From Saprospiraceae bacterium (GTDB lineage Bacteria; Bacteroidota; Bacteroidia; Chitinophagales; Saprospiraceae): a DNA stretch of 64,000 bases. The stretch lies in contig JAHDDE010000009.1 of NCBI GenBank assembly GCA_020629515.1, positions 16,474-80,473 of the forward strand, in the 5' to 3' direction. Both the position numbers and the translations under genes were made by a program. Every line of letters starts with the position of its first letter. The first letter of the stretch is position 1. Shown here piece by piece: positions 1-9,403 of this stretch. The notes under the pieces were generated by a model, which saw nothing but the letters and a program-made list of their open reading frames with translations, was not told the DNA's origin and searched no databases.

Positions 1-419
1 AGTACAGTGAGTTTTTCGATTTTAACTGGAGAAATCAGATTTGGAATGTAGTTTTTATTGTAGGTGCGGGGATCGGTGGATATGTCAGTTCAACTTATTT
101 GTCTTCTGACGTTGGGGTCCATTTATCTATGGCCTCTATCAATAGCCTTAAGGACATAGGTATTGCTTCCTCTTCTGCCTTTTTGCCAGAAGAGATATTT
201 TCTTTTGACCGATTGTGCTCTTTTAGCGGATTTATGACTCTACTTTTTGGTGGAGTATTAGTGGGTTTTGGGGCGAGATATGCAGGAGGGTGTACATCAG
301 GACATGCCATCACTGGGTTAAGCAGTATGCAGCTCCCAAGTCTTATAGCTGTTATCGGTTTTTTTGTCGGAGGGTTAGTTATGACTCATTTTCTTTTACC
401 TTTTATAATTCAACTATGA
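1..419 (+). CDS. YeeE/YedE family sulfur-compound transporter subunit (5' end outside the window)
   Basis: The frame is open from position 3 (YSEFFDFNWRNQIWN...), upstream of the TTG called at 99. It carries the GARYAGGCTSGHAITG motif typical of YeeE/YedE. Confidence 0.9.
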   Translation, partial: YSEFFDFNWRNQIWNVVFIVGAGIGGYVSSTYLSSDVGVHLSMASINSLKDIGIASSSAFLPEEIFSFDRLCSFSGFMTLLFGGVLVGFGARYAGGCTSGHAITGLSSMQLPSLIAVIGFFVGGLVMTHFLLPFIIQL

Positions 420-829
420 AAATGATTAAATTCTTGGCGTTGGGTATCGTATTCGGAATCACCTTGTCAAAAGCCGAAATTATTTCGTGGTATCGGATTT
501 ATGAGATGTTCCATTTTGATTCATTTCATATGTATGGAGTCATAGGATCTGCAGTGGGATTAGGGCTATTATCTATACAAGTCATCAAGCACTTGAAGAT
601 CAAAAATTTATACGGATCAGAAATCTTCATATCTGATAAAACAGGTGGTTATCAGAGATATTTATTTGGAGGAATCCTATTTGGATTAGGATGGGCTTTA
701 GTAGGGGCTTGTCCAGGGCCTATGTTTATCTTATTGGGATACGGATATTTGAGTATATTAATAGTCATATTGGGTGCTATCGTTGGTACTTTTCTGTATG
801 GGATAGTACGTCAAAGATTACCACACTAA
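416..829 (+). CDS. YeeE/YedE family small membrane subunit
   Basis: ATG at 416 overlaps the upstream TGA (ATGA). It contains GWALVGACPGP. The ORF-track start at 290 is an unlikely extension overlapping the previous gene. Confidence 0.88.
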   Translation: MKMIKFLALGIVFGITLSKAEIISWYRIYEMFHFDSFHMYGVIGSAVGLGLLSIQVIKHLKIKNLYGSEIFISDKTGGYQRYLFGGILFGLGWALVGACPGPMFILLGYGYLSILIVILGAIVGTFLYGIVRQRLPH

Positions 830-849
830 AAAAGATATAGCATAATTTA

Positions 850-2556
850 ATGAATTCATATTTCCCTTTCATTTCATGGATCTCTACCTATGATAGGTCA
901 CTTTTTATCAGTGATTTGATTGCAGGATTAACTGTTGGGGTTATGTTGATACCGCAAGGTATGGCTTATGCTATGCTGGCTGGATTACCTCCAATATATG
1001 GATTGTATGCTTCAACCATACCATTATTCGTTTATGCCCTTTTGGGCACCTCCAGACAGTTAGCTGTAGGTCCAGTTGCTATGATCTCCTTATTAATAGC
1101 AAGTGGTGTGGGTAGGATTGCTGAGCCTGGATCGGAGCAATACATTTCGCTGGCCATACTTTTAGCTATGATGGTTGGCTTGATACAATTTATTATGGGA
1201 CTTTTTAGATTAGGGTTTGTAGTTAATTTTTTAGCTCATCCAGTCATCGCAGGTTTTACCTCTGCTGCGGCGATAATCATTGGACTTAGTCAAATAAAGA
1301 ATCTTATAGGTGTCGATATAGATCGAGGAAGTGTCTTGTCGACAATAACACAACTTTGGGACAATATAGGAGATGTTCAACCTCACACTTTGAGCATAGG
1401 TATATTGTCGATTATTATATTGATAGGCTCTAAAAAGATTAATAAAAAATTGCCAGCACCACTCTTTGTTGTACTTATTGGTATGATGATCGTTTACAGC
1501 TTAAGTCTTGACCAAATAGGAGTGAATATCGTCAAAGATATTCCTGAAGGGTTGCCAGCTTTTTCATTGATTCATTGGGATATCGTAGCCATCCGCAAGT
1601 TATTGCCAATAGCTTTGGCAATATCATTTGTTGGTTTTATGGAATCGATAGCAGTTGCTAAGTCAATCGAGACTAAGCATAAAGAATACAAAATTGTTCC
1701 AAATCAAGAATTATTAGCCTTAGGGTTGGCGAATATTTTGGGTAGTTTATTTCAGTCTTTTCCTGTCACAGGTGGCTTTTCTCGAAGTGCAGTTAATGAT
1801 CAAAGTGGAGCGAAGACAGGTATGGCTACCATTATAAGTGCTTCCTTGATAGTACTTACCCTTTTATTTTTGACGAGTTATTTTTACTTTTTGCCTAAAG
1901 CTGTTTTATCGGCCATTATTTTAGTGGCCGTTTATGGTTTGATTGATTTTGGTGAGGCAAAGCATTTGTGGAAGACCGATAAGCAGGATTTTATATTATT
2001 TGTTGTTACAGCACTATTTACTCTGATTATTGGTATTGAAGAAGGCATTCTGATAGGAGTCGTGATGTCGATCGTCATGCTGATATATCGGGTGTCTAAT
2101 CCTCATATTGCGGAATTAGGAAAAGTCCCAGAGACCAATCATTATCGGAATGTAAAAAGATTCGAAAATCTTGAGTCAGATGAAGAGATATTGATAGTGC
2201 GCTTAGACGCAGAATTGTTTTTCGCTAATACTAATTACTTTATAAGTGAGTTACATAAACTTGGAAGTAAGAGACGAGAGTTGAAATACATCGTTATTCA
2301 CGCAGGCAGCATTCAGAATGTTGACTCCTCAGGAATTCATGCAATAAAAGGGATAGTAGAAGAATATGGCAGAGAGGGTGTTCAAATTTTATTTACCAAT
2401 GTCATCGGGCCTACAAGAGATATATTTGCAAAAAATAGGATTATCGAAATGATAGGTCCATCTAATTTTCATCTTACTATAAAAGATGCAGTGGAGTCCA
2501 TTAAGGGAATAGGAAATGATGAACATAGGATCATTGCACTTCAGTCCAATATTTAA
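850..2556 (+). CDS. sulP: SulP family anion permease with C-terminal STAS domain
   Basis: DLIAGLTVGVMLIPQGMAYA, GTSRQLAVGPVA and GGFSRSAVN motifs; C-terminal STAS domain (RLDAELFFAN, VDSSG). Confidence 0.95.
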   Translation: MNSYFPFISWISTYDRSLFISDLIAGLTVGVMLIPQGMAYAMLAGLPPIYGLYASTIPLFVYALLGTSRQLAVGPVAMISLLIASGVGRIAEPGSEQYISLAILLAMMVGLIQFIMGLFRLGFVVNFLAHPVIAGFTSAAAIIIGLSQIKNLIGVDIDRGSVLSTITQLWDNIGDVQPHTLSIGILSIIILIGSKKINKKLPAPLFVVLIGMMIVYSLSLDQIGVNIVKDIPEGLPAFSLIHWDIVAIRKLLPIALAISFVGFMESIAVAKSIETKHKEYKIVPNQELLALGLANILGSLFQSFPVTGGFSRSAVNDQSGAKTGMATIISASLIVLTLLFLTSYFYFLPKAVLSAIILVAVYGLIDFGEAKHLWKTDKQDFILFVVTALFTLIIGIEEGILIGVVMSIVMLIYRVSNPHIAELGKVPETNHYRNVKRFENLESDEEILIVRLDAELFFANTNYFISELHKLGSKRRELKYIVIHAGSIQNVDSSGIHAIKGIVEEYGREGVQILFTNVIGPTRDIFAKNRIIEMIGPSNFHLTIKDAVESIKGIGNDEHRIIALQSNI

Positions 2557-2566
2557 GTGGCTCAAT

Positions 2567-2610
2567 GTAACTTTGGTTACTCTTTGATCTTTTTTTCCGT
2601 TCTATCTTTG
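2567..2610 (+). promoter_or_regulatory. Internal promoter: GTAAC-N4-GTTAC palindrome followed by a TAnnTTTG -7 element
   Basis: gtaac tttg gttac at 2567-2580 and TATCTTTG at 2603-2610, 20 nt before the ATG at 2631. Confidence 0.5.
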
Positions 2611-2630
2611 TTATTATAATTTTCAATATT

Positions 2631-4028
2631 ATGATCATCGAACAAATTTATACAGGTTGTTTGGCTCAAGGAGCATATTATATCGAGAGCAAAGGGGAGG
2701 TCGCCATTATTGATCCACTTCGAGAGGTCCAACAATATATAGATCGTGCTACCAAAGCTGGGGCAACGATCAAGTATATTTTAGAAACTCATTTTCATGC
2801 CGACTTTGTTAGTGGTCATGTTACTCTGGCAGAAAAAACAGGGGCAACCATTGTATATGGACCAAATGCTCAGACAAAATTTGATGCACATATAGCTAAA
2901 GATGGAGAGATTTTATCATTAGGTGATATTACCATCGAGGTCCTTCATACACCAGGCCATACTATGGAAAGCTCTACCTATTTGCTTCGGGATAGTGATG
3001 GTAAGGAACATGCTATATTTAGTGGTGACACACTATTTTTAGGTGATGTGGGCAGGCCTGATTTAGCACAAAAGGCCAACGATATAACACAAGAAGATTT
3101 AGCAGGGATTCTTTATGATAGCTTGCGAAATAAGATTATGCCGTTGCCTGATCATACTATAGTTTATCCCGCCCATGGTGCAGGTTCTGCCTGTGGCAAA
3201 AATATGATGCGAGAGACAGTAGATACATTGGGCAACCAGAAGAAAATGAACTATGCGTTGCGGTCAGATATGACCAAAGAAGAATTCATCAAAGAGGTTA
3301 CTGATGGATTGTTACCTCCTCCCGATTATTTTCCTCTCAATGTGCGAATGAATAAAGAGGGATATGATTCAATAGACACTGTATTGAAGAGCGGAAATCA
3401 TGGATATAATCCAACAGAATTCGAAGTAATAGCCAATGAAACCGGTGCTGTTGTGCTTGATGTAAGGCATCAAAACAAGTTTGCTCATTCTCATATTCCA
3501 AGGTCTATATTTATTGGGTTGAATGGAAGTTTCGCTCCGTGGGTAGGTGAATTAATAAAAGATGTTAGACAAGAAATTTTGCTTGTCGCAGAGTCAGACC
3601 AAATTGAAGAAGCTATAATAAGACTATCAAGAGTAGGTTTTGATAACGTTATAGGATATTTAGATGGAGGTATTGCTGCATGGATAGCTGCACAAAAAGA
3701 AGTTGATTCTGTGGACCGTATAGAACCCAATGAGTTAAGAGAAAATGAGGATGTTCTGGTAGACGTCCGTAAAGTATCAGAATATGCTGCTGAACATGTC
3801 AAGGGCTCATTTAATATCCCTCTTTCAGAATTGGTGGATAGGTTATCTGAAGTTCCTAAAGAACAATATTTTAATATGAATTGCGCTGGTGGTTACAGGT
3901 CTATGATTGCTGCCTCCATCTTGAAATCAAAAGGTTATCACAATTTTAAGGATGTAGTTGGAGGCTTTGGAAAGATGAAGAAATTTGATTTAGAATTTAC
4001 AGAATATGTTTGCCCTTCTACTTTATAA
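2631..4028 (+). CDS. MBL-fold persulfide dioxygenase-like hydrolase fused to tandem rhodanese domains
   Basis: ETHFHADFVSGH, HTPGHT, GDTLF and PAHGAG metallo-beta-lactamase motifs; C-terminal rhodanese active loop CAGGYRS. Confidence 0.92.
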   Translation: MIIEQIYTGCLAQGAYYIESKGEVAIIDPLREVQQYIDRATKAGATIKYILETHFHADFVSGHVTLAEKTGATIVYGPNAQTKFDAHIAKDGEILSLGDITIEVLHTPGHTMESSTYLLRDSDGKEHAIFSGDTLFLGDVGRPDLAQKANDITQEDLAGILYDSLRNKIMPLPDHTIVYPAHGAGSACGKNMMRETVDTLGNQKKMNYALRSDMTKEEFIKEVTDGLLPPPDYFPLNVRMNKEGYDSIDTVLKSGNHGYNPTEFEVIANETGAVVLDVRHQNKFAHSHIPRSIFIGLNGSFAPWVGELIKDVRQEILLVAESDQIEEAIIRLSRVGFDNVIGYLDGGIAAWIAAQKEVDSVDRIEPNELRENEDVLVDVRKVSEYAAEHVKGSFNIPLSELVDRLSEVPKEQYFNMNCAGGYRSMIAASILKSKGYHNFKDVVGGFGKMKKFDLEFTEYVCPSTL

Positions 4029-4037
4029 GAAAGCCAT

Positions 4038-4406
4038 ATGAATAGATTTTCATTTAAAGCAATGTGGGATTATAAATGTCCGAGATGTAGACAAGGTGAT
4101 ATATTTATCAAACCAATGTCCTTGTCAAATCCTATCGACATGCCCGAAAAATGTGAAGTCTGTCAACAGAAAATGGAACCTGAGGCGGGCTTTTATTTTG
4201 GGGCTATGTTTTTATCATACATTTTTAGCGCTTGGTACCTATTATTGCCTACTTTGTTATTAGTTTTTTATTTTAAATGGCATGTGAATGCTGCCATGGG
4301 GCTAGCAATTTTTTTAGGTATCATTTCCTATTTAAGAATACTTCGTGGTGCTCGTTCATTGTGGTTACATCTTATGGTACCCTACGATGCAGCCAAAGCT
4401 AAATAA
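4038..4406 (+). CDS. DUF983-like Zn-ribbon membrane protein
   Basis: CPRC...CEVC pairs, EPEAGFYFGAMF and two TM helices. Confidence 0.8.
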   Translation: MNRFSFKAMWDYKCPRCRQGDIFIKPMSLSNPIDMPEKCEVCQQKMEPEAGFYFGAMFLSYIFSAWYLLLPTLLLVFYFKWHVNAAMGLAIFLGIISYLRILRGARSLWLHLMVPYDAAKAK

Positions 4407-4477
4407 GTTTTATTGTCTCCTCATTGACGTAATTTATATCTTAATTAAGTCTATTTTCGATTCCAATAAAAGTAAGA

Positions 4478-5449
4478 GTGAATAACTTAATTGATAAGAA
4501 TAGTTCTTTGGTGGAGCTTCAAGAACTTTTAGCCTTCAAAGGGTGGTTAAAAGAAGCTGAGGTTGTAGAAAAAGTGGGAAAGGCTGGGGAAGGAAATATG
4601 AATGTAGTCTTGAGATTGAAGACCAATCAGCGAAGTTTTATTATCAAACAGTCCCGCCCATTCGTTTATAAATATCAAGAGATATCTGCCCCAATCGAAA
4701 GGATTATTACAGAACAAAAATTTTATAGGTCCTTGAGCAATAGTCATGTTAAGCAACACTTTCCTGCATTGCTCAATTCTGATAAGGAGGACTATCTAAT
4801 CATGCTATCAGATATTGGAGATGTAGAAGATCTCACGAATATTTATAATGCAAAAAAGGTTTCTCAAAGTCTGCTGGAAGAGCTTGTATTAATACTCGAA
4901 GGGATCCATTATATGAGAATAAAAAAGTTTCCTTCAAATTTGGAACTTCGAGTACTTAATCACCAGCATATTTTTGTACTTCCTTATAAGGAGAATAATG
5001 GATTTGATCTTGACCAAATCCAACCCTTACTGGGCGACTTGTCAATAAAGTATAAATCAAATGAACAATTAATAAAGCAGGTGGCCCAGTTAGGCGAGGA
5101 TTATCTTAAGAAGGGAGATACTTTAATTCATGGTGATTACTACCCTGGAAGCTGGCTTGAGCGAGATAGATTTACCTATGTCATAGATCCCGAATTTAGC
5201 TTCTTGGGATTTTCAGAGTTTGACTTGGGCGTAATGGCGGCTCATATAGTGATGGCAACCTCTGACAGAAATTATACAGAAGTCATTTTTGATATGTATA
5301 GTTTGCCATTCAAGAAAAAGTTGGCACGCCAAATTGTTGGTGTAGAGGTCATCAGACGTATCATTGGGCTTGCCCAGATACCGCTAACCATGAGTATTAG
5401 TGACAAAGAGGCCCTTCTCGACTGGGCTGTGGAGTTGATCCTGGATTAA
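4478..5449 (+). CDS. APH/choline kinase-fold phosphotransferase, methylthioribose kinase-like
   Basis: GEGNMNVV glycine loop, IIKQSRP, LIHGDYYPGS and IDPEF motifs. Confidence 0.8.
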   Translation: MNNLIDKNSSLVELQELLAFKGWLKEAEVVEKVGKAGEGNMNVVLRLKTNQRSFIIKQSRPFVYKYQEISAPIERIITEQKFYRSLSNSHVKQHFPALLNSDKEDYLIMLSDIGDVEDLTNIYNAKKVSQSLLEELVLILEGIHYMRIKKFPSNLELRVLNHQHIFVLPYKENNGFDLDQIQPLLGDLSIKYKSNEQLIKQVAQLGEDYLKKGDTLIHGDYYPGSWLERDRFTYVIDPEFSFLGFSEFDLGVMAAHIVMATSDRNYTEVIFDMYSLPFKKKLARQIVGVEVIRRIIGLAQIPLTMSISDKEALLDWAVELILD

Positions 5450-6450
5450 TATCTTTTAGGTACAACAGGCTTGCTAAGCAATAACGATTCTTGGGCGCCA
5501 ATAGCCAGAGCTGTCGCATTGTAAGCATCAAGCCCACTAACCATAACTTCATTATCGGTTATTATGCTGTTGACAAATTCAGTCATTTCATTTTTAAAAG
5601 AATCTGCGTAGCGCTCCATAAAAAAGTCATATGGCCTTGGTGAGGTGGTTCCTGATTTATTGAAAAAATGAGTGTTGTGTGGGAATTTATTATCGGCTTT
5701 TAACATTCCCTCGGAGCCTAATATCTCTAATCGCTGATCATAGCCATAGATCGCCTGTCGAGAATTGTCAATTACGGCTTTAGCACCATTGTCAAAATCT
5801 AAGACTATGATTGCGGTGTCTATATCTTCAGCTTGGTGGAATATAGGATCTATTAAAACATCTGCAGTAGCATAAACCCTACTTACTTCACTTCCTACAA
5901 TATATCTGGCCATATCAAAATCATGAATAGTCATATCCATGAACATTCCTCCTGAAGACTTTAAATATTGAAGACTTGGTGGAGAAGGGTCTCTGCTGGT
6001 AATCTTTAAGATATGTGGATCTCCAATATGTTGCTCCTTCACTTGTAAGTGAATATGGCTGAAATTACTATCAAATCTACGGTTAAAACCGACTTGGAGT
6101 TTAAGCTTGCTCTTTAGTGAGAATTGATGTAAACGTTTTATATTTTTCAAATCTTTATCAAGTGGCTTTTCACAAAAAACATGAAGACCATGAGAAAAAG
6201 ATTCTTCGATCATATCAAAGTGAAGAGGAGTGGGAGTACAAATAATTACAGCATCTAAACTTTCAGTATTTAGCATAGCCGAGAAGTCACTATAGGAGTT
6301 GATGCCATAATTTTGGTATACCGCTGTTCTTTTGACATCGCCATCGCAGATAGCTTTTAAAGCTGCATTTGGAATATGATTCAACAGATTTTGTGTATGA
6401 ACACTGCCTATTCTTCCGATTCCAGCAACTGCTACATTTATTTTGTCCAT
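5446..6450 (-). CDS. iolG: Inositol 2-dehydrogenase (Gfo/Idh/MocA family)
   Basis: GIGRIG Rossmann motif, HVFCEKP, VGFNRRFD, ITSRDP, DMTIHDFD and YGYDQRLE. Confidence 0.88.
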   Translation of the reverse strand: MDKINVAVAGIGRIGSVHTQNLLNHIPNAALKAICDGDVKRTAVYQNYGINSYSDFSAMLNTESLDAVIICTPTPLHFDMIEESFSHGLHVFCEKPLDKDLKNIKRLHQFSLKSKLKLQVGFNRRFDSNFSHIHLQVKEQHIGDPHILKITSRDPSPPSLQYLKSSGGMFMDMTIHDFDMARYIVGSEVSRVYATADVLIDPIFHQAEDIDTAIIVLDFDNGAKAVIDNSRQAIYGYDQRLEILGSEGMLKADNKFPHNTHFFNKSGTTSPRPYDFFMERYADSFKNEMTEFVNSIITDNEVMVSGLDAYNATALAIGAQESLLLSKPVVPKRY

Positions 6451-6501
6451 CGGTTATGCCATTTTATAAGTATAAGCTCACACACTTATACTTCCTTAAA
6501 A

Positions 6502-6903
6502 TTAGTCTTTTTGGCAATTTGCCAAGGCGGTCTTGACATCATCTAATTTAGATATACTACCATCGCCCCAAGTATAATTGAGGTAGTTAACAAGATTGTT
6601 GATTCCTACCTCCGTGAGCTCTTTATTAGCTGGCATAATTACGCTTTCCATAACGCTTCCTTTTTTTCCGTGCCTAATTAGACAAATAAGATCAGTTTTT
6701 TTGGAAGTAAAGTAATCTGATTTTGTTATATCGGGATACATATCGCCAAGTCCGTGACCATCTGACATGTGACAATTACCACAGTTCACTTCATAAATGC
6801 GCTTGCCTTGTACAAAAGGCTCTTGTGCACAACTGTAGAGAGCGAAAATGCCATATAGAAGAATGGAGCAAAATACTAAGATGATCGTCAGATTATTACT
6901 CAT
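6502..6903 (-). CDS. Monoheme class I cytochrome c
   Basis: N-terminal signal/anchor, CGNCH heme motif and distal Met in VIMPA. Confidence 0.88.
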   Translation of the reverse strand: MSNNLTIILVFCSILLYGIFALYSCAQEPFVQGKRIYEVNCGNCHMSDGHGLGDMYPDITKSDYFTSKKTDLICLIRHGKKGSVMESVIMPANKELTEVGINNLVNYLNYTWGDGSISKLDDVKTALANCQKD

Positions 6904-7504
6904 ACGTTGCTATTAGTTGGTCTATATCCTTCATCATTTTGTCAACAGAATCTGGGTCTGTACCATCGCAGAAACTTCTTATTCTTCCTTCTTTGTCAAT
7001 CAATATTATTTTCCCACTATGATCAAATCCGCCAGGTGCTTCATCGTCTTCATATGCAGCCACGAAGTAGTCATCAGCTATATCGAGTAGCTGATCTTTA
7101 TCACCAGTTAAAAACCACCATTTATTATGGTCTATGCCTAAATTATCAGCATAGATTTTCATTGCCTCAACAGTATCTCTTTTTGGGTCTATAGTGTGGG
7201 AAAGCAATATGACATCCTCATTGTTTTTGACTTTAGAGTATAGCCTTAACATCTGTTTTTTAACCCTGGGACATATGGTAGGACATGAGATAAAAAAAAA
7301 GTCAGTAATATAGATTTTACCGTCGACATCTTTGTTCTTTATCGTAGACCCTAACTGATTAACAAATTCAAATGGTCTTATATCGTGTTCTAACATAGAG
7401 CCATCTATATCTGTTCTATCTCCAATATAGGGTAGTGGCTTAATCTCTTGCTGACAAGATATTAATGCTAACATAATGGAGCAAATTGCAAATGTTCGTA
7501 TCAT
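6896..7504 (-). CDS. SCO family copper chaperone lipoprotein
   Basis: FFISCPTICP (CxxxC) and DHSG His. The ATG at 7504 gives a lipoprotein signal (LISC); the ORF-track TTG at 7543 overlaps the upstream gene. Confidence 0.92.
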   Translation of the reverse strand: MIRTFAICSIMLALISCQQEIKPLPYIGDRTDIDGSMLEHDIRPFEFVNQLGSTIKNKDVDGKIYITDFFFISCPTICPRVKKQMLRLYSKVKNNEDVILLSHTIDPKRDTVEAMKIYADNLGIDHNKWWFLTGDKDQLLDIADDYFVAAYEDDEAPGGFDHSGKIILIDKEGRIRSFCDGTDPDSVDKMMKDIDQLIATYE

Positions 7505-7505
7505 T

Positions 7506-7901
7506 TTATTGATTATTCTTGATAAATGTTTCGGCCTCTTCAATGGTATTTAGCATTACATCGCGCACTTGGGTGATAGACTCCTTTTGTTCTTTGAGGT
7601 AGGTTATATTATCAGCCATATTCTCCATTTTAGGTTTTTTAAAATTTGCCATCCAAGACATCATTGCCTCATCAGCCGCATCAAGAGAAGTGATCTGCTG
7701 GCTTATTTCTTCATTGAGCTCAGTATTCTTAAGTTTTTTAATTTGTTTTTTGGCCTTATGAATATCTCGCATTTTTGGCATGACATCATCATGTATCTCC
7801 ATGACTTCATCATAAAGTTGAGAATATTCAGTATTTTCCATCCTGTCACAGGATAAGGTTAGGGAAGTTAATAGGGCAATAATGATATATGAAAATCGCA
7901 T
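7506..7901 (-). CDS. Helical lipoprotein of unknown function, Met/His-containing
   Basis: Lipobox TLSC, motifs EVMEIHDDVMPKM and AMMSWM; it ends 1 nt before the SCO start. Confidence 0.7.
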   Translation of the reverse strand: MRFSYIIIALLTSLTLSCDRMENTEYSQLYDEVMEIHDDVMPKMRDIHKAKKQIKKLKNTELNEEISQQITSLDAADEAMMSWMANFKKPKMENMADNITYLKEQKESITQVRDVMLNTIEEAETFIKNNQ

Positions 7902-7963
7902 AAGATTTATTCTTTATACTTTAAACACAAAGATACCTTTGATGTTGATTAATAAACGAGATT

Positions 7964-9397
7964 ATGAGTCAAAAACAAGTCTTACTTTGGTTTAGAAGTG
8001 ATCTAAGACTACATGATAATGAAGCATTAGTGGATGCATCAAATCAAGAAGCACACATTTATCCAATTTATGTTTTTGACTCTAGGGTATTTATGGGTTT
8101 GACTAAGTATGGTTTTAGAAAAACTGATGTCTTTAGAGCTCAGTTTATTATAGAATCGGTAAAGAATCTTAGAGACAATCTTCGTCAAAGAGGATCGGAT
8201 CTCATCATAAGAGTGGGACATCCTGAAGAGATTATTTTCGACATGGCTAAAGAATTAAAAACTTCTTGGGTCTTTTGTAATCGAGAAAGGACGCATGAAG
8301 AGTTAAATGTCCAAGATACATTGGAGAAAAATCTTTGGTCAATTGGTCAAGAAGTACGATATAGTAGGGGTAAGATGCTGTATTATACTGCAGATTTGCC
8401 ATTCCCAGTAACTCACACTCCTGATGTTTTCACCAATTTTAGGAAGGAGGTAGAAAAAATAGTGCAGGTACGGACTCCTCTGAGAACACCTGAACAAGTT
8501 TTAACTCCAAAGAATGATGAAATTGATTTTGGAGCTCTTCCGGAACTTTCTGATTTTGGATTTGATGAAAGCGACATTGTTAAGGCCAAAAATTGTCTTC
8601 TTAAAGGAGGTGAGTCTGAAGGGTTAAATAGGCTGCACCAATACTTCTGGGAATCTGACTCTGTTGGCCGATATAAAGAAACTCGTAATGGTTTATTGGG
8701 ATTAAATTACAGTAGTAAATTCAGTTCATATTTATCACATGGATGTTTATCACCCAAATCCATTTATTGTGATCTAGTTAAGTACGAGAAAGAAAGAAAA
8801 AAGAATAGCTCTACTTATCACATGTTTTTTGAACTCTTATGGAGAGATTTTTTCAGGCTTATGGGCAAGAAACATGGTAATGCCATCTTTTTAAAAGGAG
8901 GTATTAAACAAGAAGAAAGAGAAGATCTAAAGGATGATATGTCTCTATTTAAGATTTGGGCGGATGCAAGGACGGGTATCCCCTTTATAGACGCGGCGAT
9001 GAGAGAGCTCAATACAACAGGTTTTATGTCGAATAGAGCTCGTCAAAATGTTGCAAGTTTTTTAGTTAATGATTTACACGTTAATTGGCAAATAGGAGCG
9101 GAGTATTTTGAGTCTAAATTAATTGATTATGATCCGTGTAGTAATTGGGGAAACTGGAACTACATAAGTGGTATAGGCTGTGACCCAAGAGAGAATAGAC
9201 ATTTTAATATTATACTACAAGCTAAAAGGTATGATCCTAATGGAGAATTTATAAAGTATTGGCTTCCAGAATTAAAATCATTGCCCAATGAATATATTCA
9301 TCAACCGCATCTGATGTCAGCAGAAGAGCAAAAAGAGTTTAACGTTATTCTGGCCAAAGACTATCCTAATCCTTGTATTAAATTGACAGAGTCATAA
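7964..9397 (+). CDS. Cryptochrome DASH (photolyase/cryptochrome family)
   Basis: WFRSDLRLHDN, SSYLSHGCLSP, LLWRDFF, GFMSNRARQNVASFL and DYDPCSNWGNWNY. Confidence 0.9.
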   Translation: MSQKQVLLWFRSDLRLHDNEALVDASNQEAHIYPIYVFDSRVFMGLTKYGFRKTDVFRAQFIIESVKNLRDNLRQRGSDLIIRVGHPEEIIFDMAKELKTSWVFCNRERTHEELNVQDTLEKNLWSIGQEVRYSRGKMLYYTADLPFPVTHTPDVFTNFRKEVEKIVQVRTPLRTPEQVLTPKNDEIDFGALPELSDFGFDESDIVKAKNCLLKGGESEGLNRLHQYFWESDSVGRYKETRNGLLGLNYSSKFSSYLSHGCLSPKSIYCDLVKYEKERKKNSSTYHMFFELLWRDFFRLMGKKHGNAIFLKGGIKQEEREDLKDDMSLFKIWADARTGIPFIDAAMRELNTTGFMSNRARQNVASFLVNDLHVNWQIGAEYFESKLIDYDPCSNWGNWNYISGIGCDPRENRHFNIILQAKRYDPNGEFIKYWLPELKSLPNEYIHQPHLMSAEEQKEFNVILAKDYPNPCIKLTES

Positions 9398-9403
9398 CTG
9401 ATT

